From Ancylonema sp. (Eukaryota), in NCBI GenBank assembly GCA_050230475.1, contig JBFLGF010000101.1, positions 1-63,381 on the forward strand: DNA of 63,381 bases. The letters run 5' to 3'. Each line of letters opens with the position of its first letter. Position 1 is the first letter of the stretch. The translations under genes and the position numbers were made by a program. The notes below the pieces were generated by a model. That model worked only from the letters and a program-made list of their open reading frames with translations, ran no database searches and had not been told where the DNA came from. This document shows positions 50,771 to 63,381 of the stretch, piece after piece.

Positions 50771-51959
50771 AAATTATTGAAACAACATACCATACATCAC
50801 AGAGACTGTAGATATTCAAGCATTTAAATTGAACGCGTACACTGACGAGATTCAATCAACTATATGTAACTATCATCAACTGCCGTATGAAAAAAACGAG
50901 AATGAACACACCTCCTGCTGAACACTCCGAGCTGCTGCTGCTGATGGTGCTGGTGCTGCTGGTGGTGCTAGTGCTGGTGCTGGTGTTGGTGCCAACTAGA
51001 GACGTGGATTTGTTTTGGCTCCGGTTGTTCATTCACCGCGAGGCACCAAGGTGTATGTTCAGCGCTGCAGCAACGAACAAAAATTGGCAAAAACAAATAA
51101 ATATTCTTTACCAGACCATAATAAATAATTATGCAGCTGACATTACTATTTACCTTATATGCCCTCACAAAATGATATCCTGTATATGTGAGCGCTACAC
51201 GCTACCATATGACTTCGGCCAGTGTAGAATGCTTTATATCACGTTCTTTAAAAGGAATGGCGTAGACACTTACCGACATGTATTCCATCGCTTCAACGCT
51301 GTCCAATTTGAACCTACGCGCTAAACCTACACGTTACCGAAAGAAACCAACACGACGCCCTGATGTCTTAACACAAGTATGCGAAAAGCAATATACATAT
51401 GCAACGACACGCAGGCGTCAAGACAGTAAGGGATCGTAGCTACGCTTACAATCGGCCGCACACTGCAGTACACGGCTCGGAAGCATCATCACAACTATAA
51501 GGCTGCATGACAGCAGCAAGAAGCCAGCGCTGGCAACTTGCGGCAAAATGCTGACAGTAGCGTTTTAGGACTGCAGCAGCTGGGGCCTACGCCGCGCATA
51601 ACGAAAATCACGGTTTGGACGGCCTTGGCCCCTGTGTACAGCGAAATTTCGAGTTCTGACGTTTTCTCGATATTACGGGTATTCTCTACCTAGCTAGGAG
51701 GTAGTCTCCCCATAGCACGTCCCTTTCTAAAGAAGTTCCGGTGGAGCGGAGTACTCCCTGAACCCTCCGTAGGTATCCATGAATGAAACCTGGAAAATAT
51801 TCGCACTGGTGTAAAATCCCGTGAGAAAATTTAACTTGAAGCTCAGCTGAAGCTGAGGAGGATTTCACGTCGCTGCAGACAAGACATGAGCAGGAGACTG
51901 TACGTGAATTCGGTGGAATCTGATCGAAGTATAGGTGGCGCTCGGGAAGAAGGGTAGCC

Positions 51960-54900
51960 ATGGACGAGAATCTGTACGACGAGTTTGGGAACTACATTGG
52001 ACCGGAGCTTGAGTCCGATGAAGAGGAGGAGGAGGAAGTAGCAGAAGAGGATGCAGGAAAGGGACAGGGAGATGGAGACGCGTGGATGGAGGATGCGGAG
52101 GCTGCTGGTAACCGCGGAGAGCAGGAAGAGGAGGGTTATGGGGGTGCGGAAGGAGCTATAGTGCTGGCAGAAGACAAAAAGTACTACCCAACAGCAGTGG
52201 AAGTGTACGGAGAGGATGTGGAAACACTGGTAATGGATGAGGATGCGCAGCCGCTTGAGGAACCAATCGTAAAACCGATCAAGGAGAAGAAGATCGAGGT
52301 GGCGGATAAAGGGGCTCCAGCCACATCTGTTTCTTCAGAGTTCCTGCTGGGGTTGATGGAGAATCCGGAGTTGGTGCGAAACGTGGCTCTGATTGGCCAG
52401 CTTCATCATGGGAAGACTTTGCTGATGGATATGCTGGTCGAGCAGACGCACCCAGGGGTTCACACGCTCGATCCTAACAGCGAGAGACATCTCCGTTACA
52501 CTGATACCCGGCTGGACGAGCAGGAACGTGGGATCAGTATCAAAGCAGTGCCAATGTCACTCGTGCTCGAAGATTCCGCCGGGACGTCCTTCCTGTGCAA
52601 TATTATGGACACGCCCGGGCATGTCAATTTTTCGGACGAGATGACAGCGGCTCTGCGGTTAGCAGACGGGGCGGTTCTGGTGGTCGATGCGGTGGAGGGT
52701 GTCATGGTAAGACCGCTCTCAGCAGCACAGGGGGGTGGGGGGTACCTCGTAGATTTTGTCGTATCCACCGTGCAGAACAGGTCGGCGTGTAGGGGATAAT
52801 CATCATCCCGAACATTGGGTGTCGGTGGGGCGCAGGTGAATACCGAGCGGGCGATCAAACATGCGTTGCAGGACCGCCTGGCACTGGTGCTCGTCATCAA
52901 CAAGGTACGGTTATCTCATAGATTCAACAATGGTGGTCCAACACCGCCACCTTGCGTCCCCTACGTGTCGGAGCTCATGGCCTGTGGCGAATGGGAGGGT
53001 GCCAGGTGGACCGCCTGATCACGGAGCTGAAGCTGCCGCCCGCAGACGCGTACTACAAACTGAAGCACACCCTGGAAGAGGTGAACAGTCTGGTGCAGAC
53101 CTACGCTCCAGACGGGGATGCGCAGCTGCTGGACCCGGTGAAGGGCAACGTGTGCTTTGCGAGCGCGGCTGGGGGGTGGTCGTTCACGCTGCAGTCCTTT
53201 GCGCGACTCTACTCTTCTTTGCACGGCATTCCTTTGAACACGGACAAGTTCGCGGGGAAGTTGTGGGGAGACTTTTACTACCATCCCATCACGAGGACCT
53301 TCAAGAAGAAGGCGCCCCAGGGGGAGGGGGGCGAGAGGACTTTCGTGCAGTTCGTGCTGGAGCCTCTGTACAAGCTGTATGCGCAGATCATTGGGGAGTA
53401 CAAGAAGAGTGTGGAGATGACACTTGGCGAGCTGGGGGTGACTCTCAAGCCCTCTGCCTACAAACTGAACGTGAAGCCCCTCCTCAAACTCGCGTGCAGC
53501 GCCGTGTTCGGAAACGCGTCCGGCTTTTCCGACATGGTCGTGAAACACATCCCCTCCGCCAAAAAAGCGGCTCCCGATAAGGTCGAGCACACGTACACGG
53601 GGCCGTTGGATTCCCCCATCGCCCAAGCCATGGCCGCCTGCGATGCCAAGGGCCCCCTCATGATCCAGATCACCAAACTCTACCCCAAACCAGACTGCTC
53701 TGTATTCGACGCCCTGGGGAGGGTGCTGAGCGGAACGCTGCAGACAGGAGCTACTGTGCGCGTGCTGGGGGAGGGGTACACTCCGGATGACGAGGAGGAT
53801 ATGGCTGTGAAGGAGGTTAGCAAGCTGTGGCTGTACCAGGCGCGATACAGGCTGCCTGTGAGCAAGGCTGCGGCGGGGACCTGGGTGCTGATCGAGGGCG
53901 TGGACGCGTCCATCAGCAAAACGGCGACCCTGTGTGCCGAGTTTGGGGATCCCGAGGACCCCGTGCACATCATGAGGCCCCTGAAATTCAACACCGTGTC
54001 GGTGGTCAAGACTGCCACGGAGCCTCTGAACCCTAGCGAGCTTCCGAAGATGGTGGAGGGTTTGCGTAAGATCAACAAGAGCTACCCGCTGGCGGTGACC
54101 AAGGTGGAGGAGTCTGGGGAGCACACGGTGCTGGGGACTGGGGAACTGTTCCTGGACTCTGTGATGAAGGACTTGAGAGACCTCTACTCGGAGGTGGAAG
54201 TGAAGGTGAGCACTCAGTTGCCTCTTGTGGCTCAGGGCGTAGGGGTGAGGGTTTAGAGTTTAGGGTTTAGGGTTTAGGGTGTGAGGTATGGAAGGGTGAG
54301 ATTTAAGGTTTAGGGTTCAAGCTGTAGGGTTTGGGGTTTCTGCCCATGGCCACAGCCGGGGGGGGGCTGGGAAGGTGCGATTTAGTGGGATAGGTCTGAC
54401 TGGACGGCTTCCATGGCGCTGTCTCTCGCTGCCAGGTGGCAGATCCTGTGGTGTGCTTCTGCGAGACAGTGGTGGAGACTTCTTCGTTGAAGTGCTTTGC
54501 GGAAACCCCCAACCGCAAGAACAAGCTCACCATGATTGCAGAGCCCTTGGAGAAGGGGCTGGCGGAGGACATCGAAGGGGGGGTGGTGCGAGCAGAGTGG
54601 CCGCGCAAGAAGCTGTCTGACTTCTTTCAAAGCAAATACGAGTGGGACTTGTTGGCTGCGCGCTCCATCTGGGCGTTTGGACCCGACAAGCAGGGGCCCA
54701 ACATCATGTTGGACGATACGCTGCCCACTGAGGTGGATAAGGGGCTACTGCTGGCCGTAAGGGACTCTATCGTGCAGGGGTTTCAGTGGGGGACGAGGGA
54801 GGGGCCGCTGGCGGATGAGCCCATCCGGAACGTGAAGTTTATGATCACGGACTCCCTCATTGCCCCTGAGCCGCTGCACAGGGGGGGGGGGCAAATGATC

Positions 54901-55706
54901 CCTACCGCCCGCCGGGTCGCCTACTCTGCTTTCCTCATGGCCTCCCCTCGGCTCATGGAACCAATCTACTCGGTGGAGGTGGGGGGGGGTGGGGGGTGGA
55001 GGTGGGGGAGGGAGGGGTGAGGTTGGGGTGGCGATTCACGTCGAGTTGGGGTGGGGTTGGGGTGGTGGGGTTCAGATCCAAACCCCTGCTGACTGCATGT
55101 CCGCCATCTACACCGTCCTTCAGCGCAGGAGAGGGCATGCTTTAGCAGATTTAGCCCGCCCAGGAACGCCCGCCTACATTGTCAAGGTCAGTAGTAAAAC
55201 TAAAGCTGGGAGGCCGCACTCGGCGGTTGGCGTTTGGGTGGGGACGGTTGGGCTCAAGGGCCTTGGGGCGGTTTTTATGGGGGGTGCAGGCGGTGGTTCC
55301 GGTTATCGAGTCTTTTGGTCTGGAAACGGATTTGCGTTACCACACCCAGGGGCAGGCCTTCTGCACGTCCGTGTTCAGCCACTGGGCGTTGGTGCCGGGG
55401 GATCCCCTGGACAAGAGCATTGTGTTGAGGCCGCTGGAGCCCGCCCCCGTGCAGCACTTAGCGAGAGAGTTCATGGTGAAAACAAGGAGGAGAAAGGTGA
55501 GGGGGGGGGGGGGACTTGGCGGCATGAGAAGTGGGGAATAGGGGGGTGGCGGGGAGATGCTCATAGGGATGGGATTGTGGATTGCGATGGAGGTGGGGGG
55601 GGGGGTGCAGGGGATGAGCGAGGATGTGAGTATCAACAAGTTTTTTGACGACCCCATGTTGTTGGAGCTGGCTAGACAAGATGCGGATGTGCAACAAATG
55701 TTGTAA
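51960..55706 (+). CDS. SNU114: U5 snRNP 116-kDa GTPase (Snu114/EFTUD2; GFA1/CLOTHO)
   Basis: Exons 51960-52706, 52836-52904, 53006-54205, 54436-54978, 55076-55186, 55290-55496, 55611-55706. Motifs '[17 protein letters not shown]', G1 'GQLHHGKT', '[11 protein letters not shown]', 'NK|VDRLI', '[19 protein letters not shown]' and '[15 protein letters not shown]'. Confidence 0.98.
54245..54335 (+). repeat. Interstitial telomere-like (TTTAGGG)n tract in a SNU114 intron
   Basis: Three perfect tandem TTTAGGG at 54259-54279 plus degenerate neighbours. Confidence 0.8.
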
Positions 55707-56138
55707 CGGCACAATCACTGCGGGCTGTGAGAAATGGCGGTGCTTGTAGGGTCGCCACTTCAATTCTAGCAAAAAAAAATGGTATCTCAATAATCTCGAC
55801 TAGCGTCGTGACAAAGGCGTGCTAGCTTGTGAGTCAAGCTCTCGTAGGTGATGTACAGTTATTGGTGACCGCGTACATTTCAAAAGCTTAGTGTGACTTG
55901 GTGAATATCATTTGCAACAGTGTTTGCACTTGTGATTCGTTTGCTCGAGTTGGTGTGGAACTACAACAACAACGACAACAAGAGCAACATGCATGCATAA
56001 TCATGTTTGTTTCATTTGTTTGGGAACATGACAATGAATGCTCGGGTGAGGAATCACAACAGACCAACCCCTGGATCCGATCTGAATTGGAAAGTGATCA
56101 TTTTGGGATGGGGGTCTTTAGGGGATAGGGACACCATT

Positions 56139-56270
56139 ATTGTTGGACCCGTTATTGGTCCCGATCCATCCCGATTCTTCCTGATCCCCGATCCGGATCT
56201 ATGCTGTATCAGACTCAATCCGGATCGGCGCGGGATCGGAGAAATTACGATCGGGTCGGGTCAAACAAGA
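56139..56270. mobile_element. Degenerate MITE related to the 23904-24132 element
   Basis: Inverted ttgttggacccg / cgggtcaaacaa ends and CCGATCC/GGATCGG internal repeats. Confidence 0.45.
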
Positions 56271-56876
56271 ACAAAAACTAATCAGACTCGATTTTGAGGA
56301 TTTTACCTCACAGTGGGTCGAATGACTGCATTTTTTTCGTTACTCCAAATCGGCCCCAAACCAGAATACATCCCAATTGGCACGGGATAGGATATTCTTC
56401 GAGACAGGTCCGGACCATATCAGAAATTCAATTCTTTGGTGCGGCATGTAGAAATGTATGCTAACAATCATCACTCAAATTTCAGCCATTCTTCACGAAT
56501 GAAGACACCGGTGAAGATGGTCATCTTTAAATAAAGCTTTCCAGTCGCCACCGAGGGGCCAGATTGTTCCCGGTCACTAAATACACACCTGCTGAAGTCA
56601 ACCACAAGCTTTTCTTGCCGAGGATCTTTTAGGCACAATTTTTTTTGGTGTGCGCTCTATGACCTCCCTCTAGAATTGAGGCATGCACAGCCCAAGTTTA
56701 TGCATGCCTCAAAAAAGACGACGTGGAGGGGGCACACAACTTTGGGGAGCACATAATCCCACAAAGGACAGACGCACAGCCTATGTCACACTCAGAAAAG
56801 TGCACATAGTAGACTTGACAAAAGAGGGCGACTATACGTAGTGCCTGCTACCCCCCTTCACGGTTACATATTCACC

Positions 56877-59331
56877 TTACACCTGTACATGTGGAAATGA
56901 GGCCACCTGTCCATAGAATACAATCATGTCATTGTCATCTTTATCGCCTGTCTTCTTCCCCTTGCTCTTCCCAAAGATCATGGCATCAAGTTTGTCCATG
57001 GCTGCATCATCCTCCGTGCTCCCACCCCCACCCCCCCCAGCTGCCGGCTTGTTCCTCACCAACCCTGCCTCTCCCGCGGTCTCCTCCTCTTCGCCAGCTG
57101 GCACAGCCACAAGAGCAGCAGGCTCTGCTGAGCCCACCGCATACACCACCAACAAACAACAGGGGCAAACTGAGACGCTACAGCTTTCCAGGTCTATGTC
57201 AGACTTCAACATCTTCCGCTTCATGTTTCAACACGATGGTGAAAGTAAGTTGGGAATCCGTGTCCCTCGACCATGAGGACCCGGGTTGAGTTCCAGTTGA
57301 TAACCGTACCCGTGCTCTCGGGTGCCACCATTTCCGCATGCTTGGCGAGGACCTTCTCCACCTCGTCGTGGACTGCCAGGGCCTCAAACAGCACGGAGTC
57401 GTCGTCTGCTGACTCAGCGATGAGTCGCTGGATCGCCAGCTGGCTTGAGTGGCATTGGCGGACAAGAGTCCCTGTCAGCTCATCCTGCGCCCCCACGATA
57501 AATCACAGCAGATAAAGTTTATGTCCATCGCCTATGGTGCTTCTACCAGTCTACTGATCACAACCAACACCCCTTGATTGTTTGGAGCAAATTGCATTCT
57601 GTGGCAGATCAAGAGGGCTACCCGAGTCAACTTTCAGAAAGAGCCCAACCTCACCTCCAGTGCCTCCTGTTTGGGTGCTGACGTCAGCACAGTGGTGAGC
57701 AGCTCACAGCTGTTCCGTGCCACAGCGAAAATCTCCTGTGGGTCTTGCACAGCCAGGGTAGGGCCCTGTGGCGGGGCACCCCTTGGGCCCGTGGCCACAG
57801 GGTGGGTGGCCGGGGGGGTGAAAATGGGGCCAAGGCTTTCCGCATCTCTACCCGGAAATCGAAGCCCACGTGACTTGAGACTCTGAAGGGGAGACAAGGG
57901 GTAAAAACTCTCAGGGCCCATAATGGCCTCACTAAACTAATGAATACAACCACCGACTCTCTAGGTGCCACGTGTGCCTCGGGTATCCATCCAGAACTAG
58001 CTAGAGGTTAGTGGAAAGTCGGTACTCTTTTTTTTATATGCAGATTTCTTTGTGGGTGGGATAAAAATGGAAACTTTATTGGGCTGCCATCACAGAGTAC
58101 TGGGTTTAAATAACTGCCTTGGGATTCAGTTAAAACGGGTCTCCTGCTCATTGGCGCAGGCGGCCAATGTATGGAAAATAAGATACTAAAATTGTTATTC
58201 ACTCATGGCGTGACTGTACATTGAAATCCATAAGCCCTCCGCACCCCCGAAAAAAACGACAGTGTGAAGGTCAGTGCAGTTGTAAAAGAAGAGGGGTGGA
58301 AATGAAAAATGTTTTTTTTTTTCTGGGCTGTGCCCGGAGATTGTAACAAATGAGAAAGTTTGACACAAAATATATGCCTTACTTCGCCCCTTCATATCGT
58401 TACTATCGTTACTTACTTCGTCCCAATATGTACATTGCAGGCACAGGAGCTTAGCAGCTTATAGACAGAACACGACATATGAGTAGAGCGCTGCAGCAAT
58501 TATTGACAAGGACCGCTCCACATTCAAACCGAAGTGTTTTTCCAATGCCTTTCCGCGAGTATTGAATGAGTGTGCGTGGAGACAGAGGTCCCCATCATCA
58601 CATGGTACAGCAACGTAGGAGTTGCGCATAAGATGCGAGCAGAGTGAGCATAAGCGTAAGCGGTGCGAGCAGAGTGAGCGTAAGTGTATGAGCATCACTG
58701 GAAAATCAAATAACAGTAATATCAGGGATAAAATACACATTTAAATAAAGCGAAAACATTAAGGGGAATGTAGACTAACCTTGTACGTTTCTTCAAAGAC
58801 CGGTAGATATCGAAGCTCTTCGGTTGCTTCTCCCCACGACTCGATGATTTTAAGAGATTTTTTCCTGAGCTCGATGGCAGCTGAGGGGTCGTCAGCAATC
58901 TTCACCATTTCGTCTAGAACCTTCTCTCCTGCTATGTCCTGAAACATATTTTCACAATTTTTGGCGGTAGTTTCCAAAAGGGCCAGAGCTAGCATCTGCA
59001 CGTGTGGTTGCTTCAGCGTCAGTCGGCGTTTGATGGCTCGAGCCACATCTGTGCTAGTCACTTGATCAAGGTCGCTGTTTACATGATCACATATCTCCAA
59101 GTTTTTCCCCCAGTTAGGCCCTATGAGAGTCTCAGCAGTAGCCGCATCTACAAGCTGATCCGCTGGAGTCGGGCCGGCAAAATAATCCTTCAGTTTTTCA
59201 CTCGCCACGGTCATCTGCTCGGTTAAGCTTTTGCTGGCAGCAGCACTCGACGTTTTCATTTTGGAAGAAAAGGTGCTAAGACCCTTCCTTACATTGTCCA
59301 TATTGAAAGAGGAATAACTGCCGTCCGCCAT
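56877..59331 (-). CDS. TOL: TOM1-like (TOL) VHS-GAT domain protein
   Basis: Exons 59331-58780, 57882-57655, 57484-57310, ~57128-56877. VHS: 'VDAATAETLIGPNWGKNLEICD...LALALLETTAKNCE'. Linker: 'YK|SLKSRGLRFPGRDAESLGPIFTPP'. GAT: 'ARNSCELL...LFEALAVHDEV'. Confidence 0.92.
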
Positions 59332-59573
59332 CAGAAATGACTGCCAGGAAATAAGCAGAAAACGGTAATTGGTTCAAGTTACCAGGCCGACGCTGCGCAA
59401 GTTGCAGTAGTTCCAGAACGTTGCTGACTTCTGTGAGCTGTATGCATCTGCTGTCAGGGCGGTTTCCGAAACTTCCACGTCGCTTCATTCCTAAAAACTG
59501 TGCGTACGGTTCTGAAATGCGCGAGAAAACCATCCCCGCGCGCGCGCCCGATTTTTCCATACCAGTCCGGAAC

Positions 59574-62243
59574 ACTCGATTTAGATTCAAACCCCGATAT
59601 AAGAGACGTAAAAATGTTGGGGAAGAGGGAGAGAGAGATAGAGGCGAGAAAAGTATCGGTATCGTGCTTTTATAAAAGCACGATGTGAGCCCCATCTGAA
59701 TACAACACCGAAATATTGTCGACGACATTATTTCACCACCCTCATGGAACAGGCCACCCTGATGGAACAGACCGAAATTATTTCACCACCCTAAGGAAAG
59801 CAAACCCCACTCTAAACAACTGGGCAACAATGACACTCGCGCGGAGGGGGGGGGATAACAGAGGCATACCCTGATCCACTCGATTTTGATTCAAACCCCG
59901 ATATGATAAACCTAAACATGTTGGGGAAAAAGTTTATTACAGCGAATATTTCTTGTATGTGTATAAGAAACCTACTATAGGAAGACTTTTCTATCACGAA
60001 GATTTTATTCATAACGAGATTTGGACACGTGACTTCATATCGTCAAACACTTGAGCGTGCGAGAATATCTTTAGAACATGTGGACTTGAATCGCTAGACC
60101 TGAGAAGCTTTTGTGATGATATTTGCCCTCACGTTCTACGCTTATTAAACACACGCAGTCGCGAGAAACCATGTGTGGAAATAAACTTACAAAAATTGAT
60201 GAAGGATAATTTTCATGGGAATAATAATGTAGAGGATTTTTTTTACGTGTAAGAAACCCGTAACGTAGAAAAACTTTCATAAATAATACTTTTGGGGGGG
60301 AGAACAAATATCATTTAAGGCAGGTGATTCATTTAGCCATTTAGAATGACTACACTCCCCAACGCATAGTTACCCGAACCCTCGGAACCGGGTTCGGTGG
60401 TCCGCATCTCGGACCGGAGTCCGTCCTTCGAGGCCCAAAAGTTCGGACCGGCGATTTAGGGTTATTTCTGTTTTTATATATTTTTATATTTTTTCATAGC
60501 TCAAAAAACTTCGGAAATATTTTTTTCCTGTGTATTTTTTCAATGTGCATCTATTAAAAAATACAAAAAAAAAAATTGGCAAGGCATTAATGAACGAAAA
60601 CCCAAAAACCAAGTTGCACACTTGCTTTTTTCGATAAATTTTATCTAAGTGTTTTCCTTCCACTCCCCCTACACTACTCATAGCAATTGGACACTGCATT
60701 TATTTTCTACTAATGAAATACATCAATACTCACATGCCATGAAAAAATGATACAATGTTACAAACGAATATTGGATATTGAAATATTATAATTGGACATA
60801 TTTTTTCTTTCAAGTCGCAAGTTTCAACGATTTCATAGACCCTATCATTCACCATCCCTACCATCAACCTATCAACCAACTTCATAATTAAACTGACTAC
60901 AAGCAAATTTCACATTCATATTTCTTCGCCCATACACTACTTTGTACCACACTCATGCCTATTCCTCATCTACGCACACATCCACTTTTTCCCCCATTCT
61001 ATCAACACAAAACTCTTGCCTTCTAATCCCAACAACCTTTCCCCTCACTTTACTTTCACTTTCAGAATTCCGGTCTCCCAATCGGCAAATGTATGAGATG
61101 CAATTTCCTACCACATAATAAATACTCGGCATCTACTTTCAACGATTTTTCCCCTATCATATTTCCGCTTCAAAATTCACTCCTCCCAGTCAGCGAATGT
61201 CTCGGATCCTCGTGCCTTATTCTGTAGTCGCATGGTTGTGATCACATATACCAAATCATAAGCTCTTTTGGGGGTTAGGCGGTTGCGTTTCTCCGAGTGT
61301 ACGAAATCATATGCACTCCATGATCGTTCAAATGCACCAGCCCCGGAGATCATCGAAAGTACTTTCACTACAACTTTATGTAGCTCGGGGATTTCTCCAC
61401 CACGTTGAATCCACCACTGGTAGGACGGCATGTCCGCCGCAAGCTCCATCACCATTTTCTCGCCGAAGTCCACCTACTTGGAACTTGAAGAGGGTCTATC
61501 CGCCATAGCCTGCAGGTAGGTCGCAGGTCGTGTGGGTGGAGGAGGTGGCGGACGAGGATCCTCCATCTCTAGCGAGAGAATCGATTCGGTGACCTCGGAT
61601 GAGACCGTGCGAAGGAAAAACGCCTGCTCCCCGGATGCCGAGCAGATGGGCTCTCAATTTAGTTGCGGAGCCAACAATGGACTTGTCGCAGGAGATGCAT
61701 TTGTACCTCTTGGCACCTCCGCCAGTATGATATTTTCCGCACTGAGCGTGAAATGCTTCTTAACAGCGGCGGCCTCAGTTGTGTTCATGGTGGAATGCAG
61801 AGGTGAGACCGGATTGAAAAAGGGGTGGATAGACGAGTCAAAGAAGACGAGTGCTTAGGGGGTATTCAATTGTTCCAATGTACGTTGGCGCGAAATGAAG
61901 TTGCCTTTATGCGAGCAAATCTGTTCGCAGACTGCTTGCTCAAAACTCTGACACGACCAATCTGACTGATTGGTAGTTTATGTCCGCCAATAACAGCGAA
62001 CATGAATCATAGAAAATTGACCATCTCCCATACTTGCACCTTAATCGAAGGGCGGAAATTTACAGAACAGATAAGCCAATGAGACAGAGCTAAGGGTACT
62101 GGACAAAATCTCCATTAGTTTCAAAAATCAACGGTTTCTGATGAAATTAACGATAGCTTATGCCTCTGGTTTACATATTTTCTGACATGTTTTAGGCGCC
62201 AAGCGTGTCACACATGGTGCACAGACATCAAACATACAGCTGC

Positions 62244-62274
<31 letters not shown>

Positions 62275-62731
62275 CTTAATGCCGCTTCAAAAATACCCGC
62301 CAAAAAAAAAAAACCCTAAGAACCGCGCGGTCCGTCCCGGTCCGCATCTCGGACCGGGGCGGACCTCGGTTCGAAAATGTGATTTTTCCGGTTCGGGTAA
62401 CTATGCCCCAACGTTTAGAGGGGACATGTTTTATTATTTTAGAGACGTTATTCTTTGAGACGGTATTGTTTTGTAAGTTTTACTGAAGTAAAGTTCTATT
62501 TTTTTGTTTCTTACATTGGAGTTATAAATTATAACTCCAAGCATTATAACATACTAGCATTACTACTAGCATTATAACTTATAATGCTCATATCGGGGGA
62601 CTTTTAGCGGGAAAAAATAAATAATAAAAATATATATAAATAATTATAAAATACAAATAATGTTGAGAAAAAAAAAGACTTTTAGCGAGGAGTTTTCTTC
62701 CATCGAAGTTTCTTATATCGGGGTTTGAGTG
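59574..62731. mobile_element. Degenerate pogo-like element(s) with TCAAACCCCGATATAAG ends, interrupted by the hAT insertion
   Basis: A ~50-bp motif containing ttcaaaccccgatat occurs twice (~59574, ~59877), and its inverse cttatatcggggtttgagtg-TA occurs at ~62712-62733. Confidence 0.5.
60365..62405 (-). mobile_element. Internally deleted hAT transposon retaining the transposase C-terminal dimerisation domain
   Basis: Perfect 16-bp TIRs CATAGTTACCCGAACC and a perfect 8-bp TSD CCCCAACG (60357-60364, 62406-62413). ORF 61473-61177 reads 'WWIQRGGEIPELHKVVVKVLS...FERSWSAYDFVHSEKRNRL'. Confidence 0.95.
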
Positions 62732-63381
62732 TATTGATGACCGTGGAGCTTTAGAGTACACTCAACCCTCTCTATTGGCGCCCTCTTGGTTGGCCATTTT
62801 TTGGTGCCCTATTGGAGGGTGTACCTTACCAGAAGGTAAGTTCTACCGTATTGGCACCGTAATGAATTTGGTTAAAAAAACGAGTTAGTCTGCTAATGAT
62901 TTGTAAAAAAAATTCTAGGAGTCCGGCAGTTATTATCGATGAGGTTTGGTAATAATTTTAGAAAACCTACATACAAAATTCAAAACAAATCCCAAAATGG
63001 AATTGAATTAAAAGGACTGTTTTTCTGGTGAGTGATTCCGACCTTTTTAGGTATTGATAAAAATGATTGATTTTTGGTTTCAATGATAACTCGAAAATCA
63101 TTTACGGCGCCCAGTACGGTATATGATTCTATAGGATTCCGTTTCGCCTGATCCGTTTCGCCGATTGTGTAGAGAGGGTGAGCTTCCACAAAGTGTGTTT
63201 ACACAACGGGTTTGACTGAAGCAGTGACACTATATAGGCACACTTTTGGTGAACCAAATTTTGATGCCTAAAAAGGGGGTGAGCCTTTACAACGAGAAGG
63301 CACAATGTCTATAGGCGCGGAAAAAAACGATTGTGTAATGATAATGTTGAATTTGAGCCGCCAAGAGCTTCAGAATGTGGA

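Larger units (their letters stand above)
47672..51722. mobile_element. Non-autonomous Mutator-like element (MULE) with ~325-bp TIRs
   Basis: 47672-47997 is the reverse complement of 51411-51722 with scattered differences. Termini are GG...CC and the flanks are CTTTTTAAAG / CTTTCTAAAG (8-10-bp TSD, 1 mismatch). Confidence 0.85.

Noticed and set aside
50308..50772. ORFs rich in MYVC / HTYI
   Set aside because: These are translations of the (TATG)n microsatellite.
62758..63218. Further pogo-like MITE (cactcaaccctctcta ... acaacgggtttgactg)
   Set aside because: The ends are too divergent to pair confidently, so it was not annotated.
1..63381. CRISPR arrays, tRNA, rRNA, prokaryotic operons
   Set aside because: No regularly spaced repeat-spacer array or recognisable RNA gene was seen. 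The DNA is eukaryotic and spliced.

Overview
Intron-containing eukaryotic nuclear DNA from a green plant, most likely a non-seed streptophyte. This rests on plant-specific PORR/WTF1, CYPRO4/DEM, URGT and ASHH2-type CW genes and on TTTAGGG tracts. Eleven protein-coding genes were reconstructed by eye from GT-AG splice sites: a GAT/ProT-type amino acid permease (5' end outside the window), WTF1, a GT61-like glycosyltransferase, a URGT-type nucleotide-sugar transporter, CYPRO4/VID27, an FNBP4-like double-WW protein, a TyrP-type permease, a METTL25B/RRNAD1-like methyltransferase, an ASHH2-derived CW protein, SNU114/EFTUD2 and a TOM1-like VHS-GAT protein. Intergenic DNA carries non-autonomous DNA transposons (hAT with 8-bp TSDs, TA-flanked pogo/mariner-like MITEs, and a 4-kb Mutator-like element with ~325-bp TIRs), some of them nested. 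The standout is the gene at 38165-45228. It keeps the CW finger, helical TND-like domain and SRI-like tail of ASHH2/SDG8, shows no SET domain, and carries ~22 GW/WG motifs, so it is a candidate Argonaute-recruiting chromatin/Pol II adaptor. It also contains two in-frame TAG codons that need verification. Family assignments come from remembered motifs, not database searches.
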